From contig CM119374.1 of NCBI GenBank assembly GCA_051294905.1, positions 21,700,001 through 21,764,000 on the forward strand: 64,000 nt of DNA, given 5' to 3'. A program made the translations under genes and the position numbers. The notes beneath the pieces are model-generated. The model did not search any database and had not been told where the DNA came from. It saw only the letters and a list, made by a program, of their open reading frames with translations. The stretch comes from Botryllus schlosseri. Lineage: Eukaryota. This document shows positions 62,283 to 64,000 of this stretch, in pieces; position 1 is the first letter of the stretch; every line of letters starts with the position of its first letter.

Positions 62283-64000
62283 CACTGTAAAAACTGTGGC
62301 CACCTTACAGAGGTGTTTCAAAAATCACCCAAAGGAGGTGGTATTTTACCCACCCGAAGAGGGTGGTGGGCTTCCCCACCTATTTTAGGTGGAGAAATTT
62401 CCTCCCCTATCCTATCGGTTAACCACCCCATCATCCTATCCAGACACCACCTCATCCTATCCGGGTATCTTCGTCAAACGACATAGATGCGGACAACATC
62501 CAAATTAAATCTTCATAATTCACGTTGACATAAATCACAGCATCGCCTTTATTCCAAAACTTTATTTTCAAATTAGTCACAGGTTTTACCAAGTTTGGTG
62601 CGAACAGCAGAACTCATCTCTTTCACTGGCAGTGTGCTAGAACTGACATGAAAGTGAGGGAATTTCTGATGTTTGTCGAAAACTGTATGTCGAATATCCC
62701 GTGGACTGAAAGCATCACTGCAAATCCCTCATAAAAGCTGTTGATATCTCCCAGTTTCTCCCCATCAAAGTAGATGGCCCACTCCTTCTTTTGCCCAGCA
62801 GAAGAAATTGTAAGGTAGGCTGATTTGGGCATCTAAAGAAAGATTTGGTATTGTGAAACAGGTCAAACATACATATTGGTAGCGTATTATAACTACTCAG
62901 AAATACTTGCTCACTTGAGTAGTATCAAAAGACAGTCAATCTACTTCTACTTGTAGCTGGTTTAAAATTCTGTCTTCCTACTTTTACTTCAGTATAGCCT
63001 TGTAACTACTTTCTCCGCCTCTAGCTCGGGCATATGAACATTAGGTGGACTTGACAACCAGGCGTTAGTCATAATTCACGTTGACAACAACTTTTTGTCG
63101 TCACCGCTGACCTCTTCTTGACCGTCCAGTCAAGAAGTCAAAAGTTTTTAAATTTGTTACTCTGTTTTACTGCAACTGTCATGTCATTACTTATATTGGG
63201 TAAGTTGCGAATATTCATCTATCGAGTTGAAAAGTGGCCACCTTCGAATTACAGCTGAAATTAAGCGATCAGTTCTACTTTTTGAAAAAGCTGTACTTCT
63301 CAAGACTTCACTTGAAGTATACAGCACTAACATGGATTGGAGATCACTACTTATATACTTGTAATCGCCGAAATGTACGGCGTGATGATCTATATTTGGG
63401 CTTAAAAATTAGGTTATCATTCATGTTGCCACGGAGTTTGTGGACACCCTGAAATTGCTTTGCGAAACGCCATTTGTACACCACTGCTTCACTGCGACTG
63501 CTATGAAAAGGGTACATGGGCTTGTCAACAGCAGGGCGTTTGAGCAGGAGTAAATATTCAAATGCTCTTATCTGATTTTATTTCATCGGTTGCAGCTATA
63601 GAGAATATGACTGCTTTGCTGTCGAATTCCCAGCAACGTGATTAGTTATGAAAGTATGCCAGACTAAAAACGATTTAATAGCAATGGGATACATACCGTT
63701 GAAAAGAATGTGTTTAAACTACAATTACATAGTTGCTATAAAATGCAAAGTTGGGTAATTTTCACAGTGGGGAAAAACGTTTCGACCAGGACTATCGAAT
63801 CGTTCATCGTTCTGACAGTCCTGAATTATGTATACTTGAAATCAAATAACTGCTTGATAATATCGATAAATATTCGTACCTGATCAACCAGGAAGAAGTT
63901 GGAATATTTTTCGCGGAAAATGGTAGGTAGACTAATCATCCAATCTAGATCGTCAGATTCTGTAATACAAAATACAACTAACTTACAGAGCATAAGTGTG
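62283..64000 (-). mobile_element. Second copy of the CACTA-like element, inverted and running off the window
   Basis: Reverse complement of 60562-62280, including the matching exon 62623-62832. Confidence 0.9.

Overview
Eukaryotic, AT-rich, transposon-dense DNA from an animal, probably a marine invertebrate such as an ascidian (inference only). The organising feature is a tandem array of intronless, mostly plus-strand paralogues of one family of about 238 aa. The family has an N-terminal domain with FRHT(C/S)IE and YNLWDKNCRDHV motifs, the His...Asn-Cys order of permuted papain-like NlpC/P60 enzymes (LRAT/PLAAT, PPPDE/DeSI, DUF778/TMEM222), followed by a hydrophobic membrane tail. Two copies are intact (29821-30537, 54586-55302) with a TATA box, a poly(A) signal and clear purifying selection. 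Four are obvious damaged copies (2.7, 17.0, 38.0, 43.1 kb). Up to about ten more heavily eroded copies can be read across frames by eye, at lower confidence. Between them lie many hAT-type MITEs and deletion derivatives with 8-bp target-site duplications (TSDs), a MULE/foldback element with a 9-bp TSD, two tRNA-derived SINE families, an R4/Dong-like LINE fragment, a 5'-inverted Tx1/L1 LINE split by a hAT element, a Penelope-like element with an inverted terminal repeat and two minimal hammerhead motifs, and two tail-to-tail CACTA/EnSpm-like elements forming a quasi-palindrome of at least 3.4 kb. No CRISPR array, rRNA or intact tRNA was found. All alignments were done by eye and the boundaries of degenerate features are approximate.
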